64,000 bases of DNA from an uncultured bacterium (GTDB taxonomy: Bacteria > Chlamydiota > Chlamydiia > Chlamydiales > SM23-39), in the NCBI GenBank assembly GCA_963716985.1, contig OY970323.1, positions 1,393,942-1,457,941 on the forward strand, read 5' to 3'. This document shows, piece after piece, positions 28,807 through 39,701 of the stretch; position 1 is the stretch's first letter; the number at the start of each line of letters is the position of its first letter. Made by a program: the position numbers and the translations under genes. The notes beneath the pieces were generated by a model that did no database searches, was not told the DNA's origin, and worked only from the letters and a program-made list of their open reading frames with translations.

Positions 28807-31002
28807 ATGGACCGCAAGATCCTTAAAATACCTCTTGGCAATCAACAAGAAATCATTCTAGAAACAGGAAAAGTGGCCAAACAAGCCAACGGAAGCGTTC
28901 TTCTCCACTGCGGAGAAACGACCTTGCTCGCCACAGCCTGTGCTTCACCGACCGCCTCCGAAGAGATCGATTTTCTTCCTCTTCGCGTCGACTATCAAGA
29001 GAAGTTCTCCTCCGCGGGAAAAACACTGGGCGGATTCATCAAACGCGAAGGCAGGTCCACCGTTCATGAAATCCTCGTCAGCAGATTTATCGACAGGACA
29101 CTGCGCCCATTATTTGAAGACGGATATTATAATGAAGTGCAAGTCTTGGCCTACGTATATTCTTACGACGGCATCCACACTCCTGACGTGCTCGGAATTT
29201 GCGCAGCTTCTGCAGCAATGGCCCTCTCCGACATCCCCCTGCTCAAACCAGTGGGAGCCGTCCGCGTGGGAATGATCGACGACACCTTTGTGATCAACCC
29301 CTCGACAGAACAGCAAAAGAATTCGAGACTCGATCTCGTTCTCGCAGGCACAGAAGATGCGATTCTCATGATTGAAGGATTTTGCGACTTCTTAACGGAA
29401 GAGCAGGTACTTGCAGCAATTGAGGAGGGACACAAATCCATCCGACAAATTTGCCATGCAATACAAAATTGGGCCAAAGAGATCGGCAAACCCAAGTGTC
29501 GAGATTCCATTCGTCCGATCCCTCAAGAAACTAAAGACGCCGTTTTTTCCCTGGCAGCTCCCCTTTTGGAGACCGCTCTGAAAATCTCTCAAAAGAAAGA
29601 TCGTGAAAAAGCGACCTCTGATGTTCTCGAAAAAGTTTTAGAAGCCCTCCTTCCCGAAGGAGAAGAGAAAGAGCACGCAAAAGTCAATCTGCAGCTTGCT
29701 TTCAAAAACCTCTCTTCCGACCTCATGCGTAAGATGATCTTGAACGAACATCGCCGTATTGATGGCAGAAAGATGAACGAAATCCGACCGATCGACATTG
29801 AGATCAATTTCTTAAAGCGTACGCATGGAAGCACATTATTTACACGCGGCGAAACGCAAGCAATCGCAACCTGCACCCTTGGCGGCGAAGCCATGGCGCA
29901 GCGTTATGAAGATCTCCATGGAGAGGGAACGCATCGATTCTATCTGCAATATTTCTTCCCGCCATTCTCTGTCGGAGAAGTGGGACGGTCAGGCCCTCCG
30001 GGACGAAGAGAAATCGGCCACGGTAAACTTGCCGAACGAGCACTCGCGGCCGCCTTGCCGACAAAAGAGCAGTTTCCTTATGTGATTCGTCTAGAGTCCA
30101 ACATCACGGAATCCAATGGATCCTCTTCCATGGCCTCTGTCTGCGGCGGATGCCTCGCTTTGATGGATGCAGGCGTTCCGATCAAACGCCCCGTTTCGGG
30201 CATTGCTATGGGACTGATTCTCGAAAAGGACCACTATTGTATCTTATCCGATATCTTAGGAGCGGAAGATGCTCTTGGCGATATGGATTTCAAGGTCACT
30301 GGGGATGAAAGTGGAATCACCGCCTTCCAAATGGACATCAAAGTGGAAGGAATCACACTCCACATCATGAAACAGGCCCTGGATCAAGCAAAAGAGGGCC
30401 GCATCCACATTCTGAAAAAGATGCTAGAAGTTTGCCCGGCTCCCAGAAAAGAGCTCTCAGAGCATGCTCCTCGCATTGAGATGATGAAAGTCAAGCAAAG
30501 CCAGATTGGAACGGTCATTGGCCCCGGGGGCAAGCAGATTCGTGCCATCGTGGAAGAGACCGGCGTGCAAATTGACATCGATGACGATGGAATGATCAGC
30601 ATTGCATCGCCCGACCCCAAAAGTCTGGCCAGAGCAAAAGAAATCATCCACAACCTTACAGCAGAGGTGGAAATCGGGAAGGTCTATAAAGGCAAGATCA
30701 CTTCGATCAAAGCTTTCGGCCTTTTTGTTGAGATCTTTGGAAAAGAAGGTCTTTGCCATATTTCTGAGGTTTCTCATACAAGAGTTGAGAATCTGAACGA
30801 TCTCTTTAAGGAAGGAGATCCCCTCGAAGTAAAAGTATTGGAAATTAACGACCGCGGACAAATCCGTCTGAGCCATAAGGTCCTCATTAGCAATAATGAG
30901 AGACGCGAGAATGACGAGAGGCATCCGCCCAGGAGTGCACCTATCAATCGGGAACCGCAAGGCGTTAAAACAACCCTGAAATTTCCACCGCCTCCTCTTT
31001 AA
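28807..31002 (+). CDS. pnp: Polynucleotide phosphorylase
   Basis: Two RNase PH domains (RIDGR, SSSMASVCGG), KH (IGPGGKQIR), S1 (GKVYKGKITSIKAFGLFVEI) and a short basic or Pro-rich tail. Confidence 0.95.
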   Translation: MDRKILKIPLGNQQEIILETGKVAKQANGSVLLHCGETTLLATACASPTASEEIDFLPLRVDYQEKFSSAGKTLGGFIKREGRSTVHEILVSRFIDRTLRPLFEDGYYNEVQVLAYVYSYDGIHTPDVLGICAASAAMALSDIPLLKPVGAVRVGMIDDTFVINPSTEQQKNSRLDLVLAGTEDAILMIEGFCDFLTEEQVLAAIEEGHKSIRQICHAIQNWAKEIGKPKCRDSIRPIPQETKDAVFSLAAPLLETALKISQKKDREKATSDVLEKVLEALLPEGEEKEHAKVNLQLAFKNLSSDLMRKMILNEHRRIDGRKMNEIRPIDIEINFLKRTHGSTLFTRGETQAIATCTLGGEAMAQRYEDLHGEGTHRFYLQYFFPPFSVGEVGRSGPPGRREIGHGKLAERALAAALPTKEQFPYVIRLESNITESNGSSSMASVCGGCLALMDAGVPIKRPVSGIAMGLILEKDHYCILSDILGAEDALGDMDFKVTGDESGITAFQMDIKVEGITLHIMKQALDQAKEGRIHILKKMLEVCPAPRKELSEHAPRIEMMKVKQSQIGTVIGPGGKQIRAIVEETGVQIDIDDDGMISIASPDPKSLARAKEIIHNLTAEVEIGKVYKGKITSIKAFGLFVEIFGKEGLCHISEVSHTRVENLNDLFKEGDPLEVKVLEINDRGQIRLSHKVLISNNERRENDERHPPRSAPINREPQGVKTTLKFPPPPL

Positions 31003-31004
31003 GT

Positions 31005-31883
31005 TCAGATCTGTTTTTTGTCACACTTTTGGCAGATGGGATATTGTTGAAAGTCCGAAAAAAAGTGTGCTCTTAAGAGATCTTCGTAAGGTCTGCCGTC
31101 GAAGATCTCTTTCAGTGTTTGCAAGCGCATATCTCCAAGAGGCATTTGCGCATTATAATCAAAACAGCAGGGAATCACTTTCAGATCCCATGTGATTTGT
31201 AAGATCTCGATCGGCAACAGTCGAAAACATCGTCTCTGAACATCTCGATGATACGTTCTTCCATCCCCAAAATTATGAAGCTCTTGCTCTGCAATCCCGT
31301 CAATCCCCATTTCCTGCAATTTGCGTAAAAAAAGCGCCCTCTCTTTTTCTTCTTGTACCAAGCAAGCATCCATCATCTCTTTTCCGGAAAACCAGAGCAG
31401 GACCATCAGATTGCCGCAGAGCTTCTTCGCCTCACACAGATGGCGTAAATTTTCCAGAACCTGGGAAAAATGATCCACTCCATGGAAAGCTCGATAACTC
31501 TTTTCGTCCCATCCATAACAGCTCACGTAGATTGTCGAAACACCTGCGTTGATGATTTTTGAGAAAAAATCTTTTTCGACAGGAACGCCCAGCGTAGAGT
31601 AGAACTGAATCTCGGCCCTCGGCCATTGCCTGCGGCTCATTTGGACTTTTTGGATCAAATAGGGATCCAACAAAGGCTCTCCATATCCATGCAGATGGAG
31701 TATTTGTTCATAGGAAAAATCCAAACGCTTAAGGACCAAAGAAAAATCCTCTAAAGACATGGTTCCCACGCGCCGTGTCATCTTTTCGCGAGGGCAAATC
31801 AAACATTTGCAAGGGCACGCATTGGTGTTTTCGATACGGATCTGTTTGAAGTTCATTGGAGATCTCCCCTCTCCATTTTTCAA
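31005..31883 (-). CDS. Radical SAM protein (possible SPASM-type C-terminus)
   Basis: CPCKCLIC is a CX3CX2C cluster motif near the N-terminus. The C-terminus has additional Cys pairs (IPCCFD, ICQKCD). Confidence 0.65.
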   Translation of the reverse strand: MKNGEGRSPMNFKQIRIENTNACPCKCLICPREKMTRRVGTMSLEDFSLVLKRLDFSYEQILHLHGYGEPLLDPYLIQKVQMSRRQWPRAEIQFYSTLGVPVEKDFFSKIINAGVSTIYVSCYGWDEKSYRAFHGVDHFSQVLENLRHLCEAKKLCGNLMVLLWFSGKEMMDACLVQEEKERALFLRKLQEMGIDGIAEQELHNFGDGRTYHRDVQRRCFRLLPIEILQITWDLKVIPCCFDYNAQMPLGDMRLQTLKEIFDGRPYEDLLRAHFFSDFQQYPICQKCDKKQI

Positions 31884-31974
31884 AAAAAAAGATTGCTGTC
31901 CATGGGGAAAAATTGCTGCACTGGAACTGGATTGATTGATGGACTATTTTTTACGAGCCAGGGACATATAAAGA

Positions 31975-32826
31975 CTAAATCAGGTCCGCTGAAATAAACC
32001 AGGAAAAAAAAGACTGCGCTTCTTCCTTTCGTCTATCCTGTGTTTGTCTGATGTCCATTATTCCTTCCTGGCCGGTTGCAGAAAAAAGATCAGCTTCTAT
32101 TTTTTTTGTACGTTCTTGACGAAGTGTCTCTTCCTGCAAGAGATCTGCTTGTTCGCGCCTGCGATCTGCTTGTTCGCGTCTGAATTTTAAAAAACATCCT
32201 AGTGCAAATAACGAACCTATCGTTCTCCCGTCAGTCAATAGACGAGCAAAGGCAAAATAGTAGGATCGCCATCCCAAGTCTGAAGATGGTTTTCCCGCTG
32301 CTGAAGAAATTTTTGGAGAAGGGGCTCCCTGCCGGAGAAGTATCGGCTGATGCAACACTTCCGGAACTTGTGGCCGGGTCGGGGATGTCAGTATAGGCTG
32401 ATGCAATACTTCCGGAGCTTGTGAAGGAATGGAGACTGTAGAAGAAAAGTATTTATAGCCAAGGATGCAGACCAGGGAAACAAGAGCAACATCGATCACA
32501 ATCGCTTTATAAGAAGTTGGTTTCCAAGACCTTTTAGATTCAGCCTTCTGTTGCATTTTTTTATTCTGAGAGTCGATGAGCCTATTTTCGATTCTTGCAA
32601 TCGTATTGTTATACAAAAAAGCAGCGCTATTCCAAATAAGGGCAGTGAAAAAGTCAATCGCGCAGGCGCCGACTTTCGCCATTGTTCGGAAGGCAGGGTT
32701 GTGAATCTGCCTGGCCTTTCCGGTCAGGTCTGTGCAGACATTCCATCCATAGGTCATGCCTACCTTGCCTTTTAAACGAATGGGGGCAGAATTCCAGGGA
32801 TTGAACAATGAACCGATGTTTAGCAT
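31975..32826 (-). CDS. Hypothetical membrane protein with internal tandem repeats
   Basis: No family recognised. A 21-bp tandem duplication (32142-32162 and 32163-32183) encodes RREQAD RRREQAD. PEVLHQPIL is repeated 15 aa apart. Two hydrophobic segments are present. Confidence 0.45.
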   Translation of the reverse strand: MLNIGSLFNPWNSAPIRLKGKVGMTYGWNVCTDLTGKARQIHNPAFRTMAKVGACAIDFFTALIWNSAAFLYNNTIARIENRLIDSQNKKMQQKAESKRSWKPTSYKAIVIDVALVSLVCILGYKYFSSTVSIPSQAPEVLHQPILTSPTRPQVPEVLHQPILLRQGAPSPKISSAAGKPSSDLGWRSYYFAFARLLTDGRTIGSLFALGCFLKFRREQADRRREQADLLQEETLRQERTKKIEADLFSATGQEGIMDIRQTQDRRKEEAQSFFSWFISADLI

Positions 32827-33059
32827 GCAAACATGCCTTGGTGTTTTTTAATGAAATTATAGTATGTTTTTAGAATAAAAACAATAAAAAAAAATTTTAA
32901 AAAAATTTAAACAAAGTTTTTCAAAGAATTAATAATAAAATAATTTTAATAAATATTAAAACTATTAATAATGGCGAAAAAAGTATTTATTTTATATGAT
33001 TTCTTAGAAACAAGCAAAAAACAGCGATAAAAATAAAAAAAGAGCAGAACAAACCCGGC

Positions 33060-35792
33060 TTAAGGTTGTTCCGGCTCTGATATGCTTTTCAGAGAAGAGT
33101 CTTCTTTCTTGTCCTCTGGAATCGGAGGCGGCGATTTCTTCTTTTGGAGCTCATCTGCACTTTTCAGCCGCGCGCGCTTTTTTTCAACATCCCACTCACC
33201 GCTCATGATCTCTTTAACGTCTTGAGCATCTAGAGTTTCAAATTCCATCAGCATCTCTGCCATGTACTGCACTTTTCCCTTATTTTCTTCAATGATGGCT
33301 CTGGCCCGCTCATGCGCTGCAAGAATTAGGTCTGCGACTTGCTTGTCGATCTTTTGCGCAGTCTCTTCAGAGTAGAGTTTTTCATGATACCCGCCGAAAC
33401 CAAGATAGGGGCTCGAGTCGTTTCTCTCTTCAAAGGAAACCGTGCCAAGATCGCTCATCCCCCACTCGCACACCATCGCGCGAGCCAGTTTGGTAGCGCT
33501 TGCAATGTCTTGCTGCGCTCCGGAAGATAGATCTCCAATGAAAATCTCTTCCGCAGCTCTTCCGCCCATACAGATGGCAAGCTGGTCGATGGCCTCTTTC
33601 TTCCAGTAGTTCAAACGATTCTTCTTGGGCATGAAATGGGTTGCTCCCAGAGAAAATCCTCGAGGGATAATCGTTACCTTATCGACGGGATCTGCCCTCT
33701 CCACTTTCAAACCGACCATCGCATGGCCCGATTCGTGGAGAGCCGTTGTTTTCTTTTCCTCGACGTCCATCTCAAGACTGCGTCTTTCTTTTCCAAAACG
33801 CACCTTATCGCAAGCCTCTCTTGTCTCAGCGGAAGTCACGGCACTTCTCCCCTTTCTTGCGGCAAGAAGAGCTGCTTCGTTCAAGATATTGCCAAGGTCG
33901 GCTCCTGAAGCTCCCGGAGTATTTCTTGCAATCTCCATCAAATCTACGGAAGGATCGATCTTGATATGGCGCGCATGCACTTTTAAAATCTCGTAGCGGC
34001 CCTTAACGTCCGGCAAATCCAACACCACCCTTCGGTCAAATCGCCCGGGACGAAGAAGCGCTTTGTCCAGGATATCGGGACGGTTGGTGGCGGCCATAAG
34101 AATGACCCCTTCTTTCGTGTCAAAGCCATCCATTTCCACAAGAAGCTGGTTGAGCGTCTGTTCTCTTTCATCATGGCCGCCGCCAATTCCGGCGCCTCGA
34201 TGACGACCGACAGCATCGATCTCGTCCATGAAGATAATGCAAGGCGCATTTTTTTTCGCCTGGTCAAAAAGATCGCGCACACGGCTGGCTCCCACTCCCA
34301 CAAACATCTCGACAAAGTCAGATCCCGAGATCGAAAAGAAGGGCCGATCGGCTTCTCCTGCAACGGCCTTTGCAATGAGCGTTTTTCCCGTTCCCGGGGG
34401 GCCTACAAGCAGCACGCCTTTTGGGATGCGGGCGCCAAGAGCGGTAAATTTATGCGGGTCTTTGAGAAAGTCAACGATCTCTTCAAGCTCTTCTTTCGCC
34501 TCTTCAGCGCCCGCAACGTCTTTAAAAGTGACTTTATTGGATTCTTTGGTGAGCAATTTAGCAGGAGATTTTCCAAAATTAATGGCGGAAGAACCCACTC
34601 CCTTCATCTGTTTCGAGAATAGGAAATATAAAACCAAAACGACTAAGATGACGGGAAGAAGAGTCAAAATATAACTGAAGTAGTTGGGAGACGGCTCTTC
34701 GCTTTGGAAGGTTCTTTCTAAGACAAGAGTCCGCGGTTGATCGGGCGCCTTAAATCCGGCTCCTTTGTTGATCGGGAAATGCTCCCACTCCTCATTTGAT
34801 TGTTTGAACCATCGAGAAAAAAGATCAAAATCCTCTTTTTCCAGGGCTTTTGTTGAAAGTTCGCGGTTATTGAAAAACCAGACTATGTCTCCAACGCTCT
34901 CGCGAGCTTTAACCAACGCAATTTTGTTAGATTCCAGCTGTTTTTCCACTTCTTTGTACTGGTCGATATCGGCAATATAAGAGCGAACGCTTCGAAGAGC
35001 GGTCAAACGGGCATAATTATTTTCATGAAAAAGGCGGTCGGAAAAAAGGCGCAACTGTTGCAAAATGAGAGCGGCCAACTCTTCTTTTTCAGACCCGCTT
35101 TGCAACCCTTGAAAAGCTTCTGCTTTGCCTTGAATTTTTTGAAACTCTTGTTTCATGGCTTCATCGCCAATCCCCAAGTGGGAGGAGAAGCTTTCCAGCA
35201 AAGCCATTACATTGTCTTGGACCTTCTGGGTATTTGCTACCGTCGGCTCCCGTCTCGTTTGGGCCAGTTCTTCTTCAAGGCTTTTCAAAGACACACCTTC
35301 TTTGGAAGACAGGTCTTTTAGAAAGACGGAAAATGATTTTTGCGCCGTATCATAGTAGGGAGAAACGATCGCAATGCCTCCCTGAGGAAGCACCTTGCCA
35401 GTCAGATAAAAAAACCAGCCCGCAACGTATTGGATCTCTTTTTTTCCAAGGTCCAGCTCCTCTTCCAGCGTCGATTTTTTGGCGAGCAATTGATGATTTT
35501 GATTGAGCTCGCTTAAATAGAGAAAGCGGTCCTTTCCCCCCTGAGTCAACTGATCGCGGAATTTTCCGGAAAAGGTGACGAGATTTTCATTCAGCGCAAT
35601 TTTGCGTCCTGAGCCCGGTTGCAATAGATCCAGATTGACAAGAGGCTCTGCTTGATAGCTAAATGCAACTTTCGCTTTCGCATCGCCTGTCAAAGACTGT
35701 ATTGCCATAATGATCAAAATCATGGCAAAAATAAAAAGTAAAAAACCGCCGGGAAGGCCCTTTTTTGCACTTGGCTTCATTTCTTCGCTCAT
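33060..35792 (-). CDS. ftsH: ATP-dependent zinc metalloprotease FtsH (long form with ~380-aa periplasmic insert)
   Basis: Contains [18 protein letters not shown], the SRH region and the HESGHA zinc site. Total length is 910 aa, as in chlamydial FtsH. Confidence 0.95.
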   Translation of the reverse strand: MSEEMKPSAKKGLPGGFLLFIFAMILIIMAIQSLTGDAKAKVAFSYQAEPLVNLDLLQPGSGRKIALNENLVTFSGKFRDQLTQGGKDRFLYLSELNQNHQLLAKKSTLEEELDLGKKEIQYVAGWFFYLTGKVLPQGGIAIVSPYYDTAQKSFSVFLKDLSSKEGVSLKSLEEELAQTRREPTVANTQKVQDNVMALLESFSSHLGIGDEAMKQEFQKIQGKAEAFQGLQSGSEKEELAALILQQLRLFSDRLFHENNYARLTALRSVRSYIADIDQYKEVEKQLESNKIALVKARESVGDIVWFFNNRELSTKALEKEDFDLFSRWFKQSNEEWEHFPINKGAGFKAPDQPRTLVLERTFQSEEPSPNYFSYILTLLPVILVVLVLYFLFSKQMKGVGSSAINFGKSPAKLLTKESNKVTFKDVAGAEEAKEELEEIVDFLKDPHKFTALGARIPKGVLLVGPPGTGKTLIAKAVAGEADRPFFSISGSDFVEMFVGVGASRVRDLFDQAKKNAPCIIFMDEIDAVGRHRGAGIGGGHDEREQTLNQLLVEMDGFDTKEGVILMAATNRPDILDKALLRPGRFDRRVVLDLPDVKGRYEILKVHARHIKIDPSVDLMEIARNTPGASGADLGNILNEAALLAARKGRSAVTSAETREACDKVRFGKERRSLEMDVEEKKTTALHESGHAMVGLKVERADPVDKVTIIPRGFSLGATHFMPKKNRLNYWKKEAIDQLAICMGGRAAEEIFIGDLSSGAQQDIASATKLARAMVCEWGMSDLGTVSFEERNDSSPYLGFGGYHEKLYSEETAQKIDKQVADLILAAHERARAIIEENKGKVQYMAEMLMEFETLDAQDVKEIMSGEWDVEKKRARLKSADELQKKKSPPPIPEDKKEDSSLKSISEPEQP

Positions 35793-36142
35793 TTTCTTAG
35801 GTTAGCAGAGTTGAATTGAGTCTATTAAAACAGCTTATCTCCTTTTCAGTAAAGGAGTTTTGATGATAATTCCCCTGCCCCATCTCCTCTACTGTTAGAT
35901 ATAACACTAGTTAAAATTAATTTCAAACAGTTTGTTATGCGTAAATGAATAAAAAAACAAACTAGATTTAACAAATATTATTTTTAAGAAAAAACTTGCA
36001 AAATACAGAAGGATAGTTTTTTATATCCGATAAAACGCAAAAAAAACCAGAAGCGAAGGTTCAAAAGACGCAGCCGCAGCTATGACAGCGCATGGAAACG
36101 ATCTATCGGCCAGGGCACGGATTTTTTAAAAAAAACCTTCAC

Positions 36143-37498
36143 TCACTGCACATAAGCGCGAATTTTTATCCCCACCTTCCAAAGAGGGCCTTGGGGATTC
36201 CTACAAAGCCTTTTCCCCGATAAAAACTCTCCTACAACCTTTTCTCCCTGATAAATGACGGGAAGGTGCTTTCTCATAAAGGCCGGTGTTTTGTGAACTT
36301 CCCACCATTTTTTTAAGGAAGGCCCCTGCATGCAACCGGCCGGATGTTTTGCCAAGCTTAAGGAATATTTCCCTTCCGGAAGATAGAGAAAGGCTCCATT
36401 TTTCCAGAAGTCTTCCCAAGAGTTTTGGTCTTTTCCCTTGTCTTCGGACCTTAAAACCGAAACTCTCCATGCCCCAATTTCCCAACTCCCTTCGCAAAGG
36501 GGAAGCTCCTTTTCAAATGGAGGAAACGACTCGGTCTGGATGAAAAGAGAGTCTCGATCCAGCACAAAAAGAGCCTCTTTGGTGAAAAAACGCAAAGCGG
36601 TCTTTTTTTTCTCTGTCCAGGACAAAATCTCCTGCAGAGAAGCGCGAGAAAGCTCGATCCTTTTTTCCTGACAAATCCTCTTCAAAAGGTGAATTTTTTC
36701 CACTCGCTCCAAAGAAGAATATACGGACATCGGCACGACATAACCCAAGGGCCCTAGAATGGTTTTTTCCAAAGCATGTTGGGTTTTCCCATCGAGATAT
36801 TTTTTTAACTCAGAGGACCTTACAGATGCCTCATAAAGATTTTGAAGGATCGATTTTCCAAAACTTTTCTCTAAGAAGGGCAACAGCTCCTGCCGCATCC
36901 TGGCCCGTAGATAGGAAGGGTCGCGGTTGGTCGCATCATCGATAGAAGAGAGCTTTTTTTCCCTAGAGTAGTCTAAGATCTCCTTCTTAGAGATGGGCAA
37001 AAGAGGCCGCCAGATGGAAATGTTCCCCATAACGCTCTTCTCCTCCATACCAAAAAGAAAGGGCAGGTGAGCTCCCTCAAGAAACCGTTTAAAAACCGTT
37101 TCGGCAACATCGTTTTTATGATGGGCTAAAAGAAGCGCTTGAAAGCCATGGAATGCAAAAAGAGTTTGAAAAAAAGAAAAACGCAGTTTTCTGGCATCTT
37201 CCTCTGAATTTTTTTCAGATAGGCGCTTTAAATGAAAGGGGCAGTCGAAAAGCTTTGCTTTTTTTTTCAAACCTTCCGCCTGGTCAGCGCTCTCTTTTCT
37301 CCAGCCATGGTCCACATGGGCCAGATGGAGCTCAAAAGGTCGATCTTTTCTTAACAATAGGAGCAGATGAAAAAGCAGCTCGGAATCTCTTCCTCCGGAA
37401 TATCCAAGAAGAAGAGGCCTTCCCGGTTGATAATGCTTTTCAAAAAAAGCCTTGAGTGTTTGAAGAAGTCGATTTGATTTTAGTAATTTCATATGCAT
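36143..37498 (-). CDS. tilS: tRNA(Ile)-lysidine synthetase
   Basis: LLLGYSGGRDSELL PP-loop and HVDHGWR. It lies upstream of ftsH, a conserved pairing. Confidence 0.85.
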   Translation of the reverse strand: MHMKLLKSNRLLQTLKAFFEKHYQPGRPLLLGYSGGRDSELLFHLLLLLRKDRPFELHLAHVDHGWRKESADQAEGLKKKAKLFDCPFHLKRLSEKNSEEDARKLRFSFFQTLFAFHGFQALLLAHHKNDVAETVFKRFLEGAHLPFLFGMEEKSVMGNISIWRPLLPISKKEILDYSREKKLSSIDDATNRDPSYLRARMRQELLPFLEKSFGKSILQNLYEASVRSSELKKYLDGKTQHALEKTILGPLGYVVPMSVYSSLERVEKIHLLKRICQEKRIELSRASLQEILSWTEKKKTALRFFTKEALFVLDRDSLFIQTESFPPFEKELPLCEGSWEIGAWRVSVLRSEDKGKDQNSWEDFWKNGAFLYLPEGKYSLSLAKHPAGCMQGPSLKKWWEVHKTPAFMRKHLPVIYQGEKVVGEFLSGKRLCRNPQGPLWKVGIKIRAYVQ

Positions 37499-37536
37499 AA
37501 TCTCTAATGGAACTATTCTAATGCAGCGGGGCTTTT

Positions 37537-38628
37537 TTGATTCCTATTTTTTGGAAATACCTTCTGAAAGGTTATAGCAAAACTTTTTGCCTCTGCGTCG
37601 GCGGCTTTATCTCGCTGCTCTTGGTGATGCGATTGAAGGAGATTGCCCGATTTGCAGCCCTGGCCTCTTCTCCTTGGGGCGTTTTTCAATTCATCCTGGC
37701 CCAAATTCCCTCTATCTTGCCCATGTGTATTCCCATCTCCTGTCTGATCGCTTCCATTTTGCTCTTTCAACGCATGAGCCGCAACCAGGAGATTACCGCC
37801 TTGAGAAGTTCCGGCCTTTCCTTGACAAGCATCGCGTTTCCCATCCTCTGTCTTTCCCTCTTCATCTCGCTGCTCGACCTTTACATTGCATCGGACGCCG
37901 CCCCTCTTTGCCGTATAAAATCCCATAGCATTATCAAAAAGCAGAGCTCCACGAACCCCATCCTCTTGTTAGAAAGACAAAACCTTCTCAAAATCCACCA
38001 TTCTTTTGTCGACATCGAAGAAAAGAAGAATGATCTTCTTGCCAAAGAGATCCTGCTTATTATTTTTAATAACGTTCACAATCGTTTGAACCTCCTCCAT
38101 ATTGGAGAGCTGGCTTTGCAGGAGGATCTGCTCATCGGAAAAAACGTCTCCCTCCTCTCTCATGTTCCGGCCAAGAATTTCGATACGCTCATCATTGAAA
38201 ATCAGGATCTCATGACCACGAAAGCAGAAGTTTTTTCCAAGATGATGGTTGCGCAACATTGGAATTTGAATGCCAATCAGCTCACGCTTCCGATGCTGGT
38301 CATCAAAGCCCAAGAAAACACTTCCATCTCTTCGTTGAAGCAGGAGTCCATGATTGCCGAAATGGTGCGGCGTGTCTGTTTAGCGCTTTCCTGCTTTTCT
38401 TTGACATTCATCGGGATTTCTTGCGGCGTTGAAATCAACCGCCTCCATTCAAAAAAGGGGCTATTTCTAGCAAGTCTGCTCGCTCTTCTCATCCTCTCCT
38501 CCTTCTTCATTGGGAAAGAGTTCCGGTTTCGCCCCTCCCTCGCCATCCTTTCCTACATTCTTCCTCAGCCCATTATTCTGCTGGTGGCCATAAAAACTCT
38601 TAAAAAAATTTCTGCGGGGAAAGAATGA
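37537..38628 (+). CDS. LptF/LptG-family LPS export permease
   Basis: YjgP/YjgQ-type architecture: N-terminal TM bundle, a periplasmic beta-jellyroll-sized insert, and C-terminal TMs. The N-terminus is IFWKYLLKGYSKTF. It is paired with the next gene by a 4-nt overlap. Confidence 0.7.
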   Translation: MIPIFWKYLLKGYSKTFCLCVGGFISLLLVMRLKEIARFAALASSPWGVFQFILAQIPSILPMCIPISCLIASILLFQRMSRNQEITALRSSGLSLTSIAFPILCLSLFISLLDLYIASDAAPLCRIKSHSIIKKQSSTNPILLLERQNLLKIHHSFVDIEEKKNDLLAKEILLIIFNNVHNRLNLLHIGELALQEDLLIGKNVSLLSHVPAKNFDTLIIENQDLMTTKAEVFSKMMVAQHWNLNANQLTLPMLVIKAQENTSISSLKQESMIAEMVRRVCLALSCFSLTFIGISCGVEINRLHSKKGLFLASLLALLILSSFFIGKEFRFRPSLAILSYILPQPIILLVAIKTLKKISAGKE

Positions 38629-39692
38629 TCTTTTCGAAAATTTGGCAGCGCATGCTCTTTTTTAGAGCCTTGAAATTCATCCTCTTTTTTCTCGTCTCTA
38701 TCTATCTCATCTACGTGGTGATCGATCTTTCCGCCCATAGCGGCCGCCTTTTCTCTTCCTCCGGCTCTCTCGTCAGCATCTTTTTCTATTACCTGCACCA
38801 TTTCATGGCGCGTCTGGATCTGTTTTTACCTCTTTCCCTGCTCCTGGCAACCATCTCTCTTCTCTCCGCCATGAACCAGCACCAGGAAATCGTCTCCCTT
38901 CGCATGGCAGGAATCTCTCTCGGCCGGCTCTCTTTGCCTCTGTTTATTTTAGCCCTTCTTTTGACTTTCTCTACCTATCTCAATTACGAATTTGCCCTTC
39001 CTTCTTCTTTGCGCTTCATTGAGGATTTTAAGGAAAAGAATCTCCATCGTCATAGCAAGGAAACACCTTCTCTCAAAGTGGCCCTTCTCACCGATGGATC
39101 GAAAATCGTCTATCAATCCTACGATTTTCAAAAAAATGAACTATTCGACCTTTTTTGGATTCGCTCCCATAGCGATATTTGGCATATCAAATATCTCTCC
39201 TTGCAATCCAAGGAGGGAAGGTTCGCGGATCATTTAGCGAGGGAAAAAAGCGATCTTCTTTTTGAAAAAAAAGAATCCTACGACACCCATGTTTTCTCCG
39301 AAATATCCTGGTCATTCGATCATCCTGAAATGCTTTTTACTCCCAAAGAAAATCTTTCGATCACCGCTCTGTTGCGCCAAAACATCTTTCTCTCTAAGTC
39401 AGACGAGTCTGCTACTTCAAGCCATCTCTATTATAAGTTGATCCTTCCTTGGCTCTCGCCATTGGTAGTGCTGAGCCTCATCCCCTTTTGCTCTCGATTT
39501 TCCAAAAACATCCAAATATTCGTTGTGACAACACTCGCCCTTTTTGCCTTTTTTACCTTCATCACTTTGATGGACGCTTGCGTCATCTTGGGAGAAAATC
39601 AGGTTGTTCGGCCGCTTTTTGCGCTCGCTTTGCTCCCTCTTTTTCTTTTCCTTCTATTCGGATGGCGTTTCATGAAAACATTAAAACATTAA
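38625..39692 (+). CDS. LptF/LptG-family LPS export permease (second subunit)
   Basis: Same architecture as the previous gene, with the EIVSLRMAGISL motif. Confidence 0.7.
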   Translation: MIFSKIWQRMLFFRALKFILFFLVSIYLIYVVIDLSAHSGRLFSSSGSLVSIFFYYLHHFMARLDLFLPLSLLLATISLLSAMNQHQEIVSLRMAGISLGRLSLPLFILALLLTFSTYLNYEFALPSSLRFIEDFKEKNLHRHSKETPSLKVALLTDGSKIVYQSYDFQKNELFDLFWIRSHSDIWHIKYLSLQSKEGRFADHLAREKSDLLFEKKESYDTHVFSEISWSFDHPEMLFTPKENLSITALLRQNIFLSKSDESATSSHLYYKLILPWLSPLVVLSLIPFCSRFSKNIQIFVVTTLALFAFFTFITLMDACVILGENQVVRPLFALALLPLFLFLLFGWRFMKTLKH

Positions 39693-39701
39693 AACAAACC
39701 C

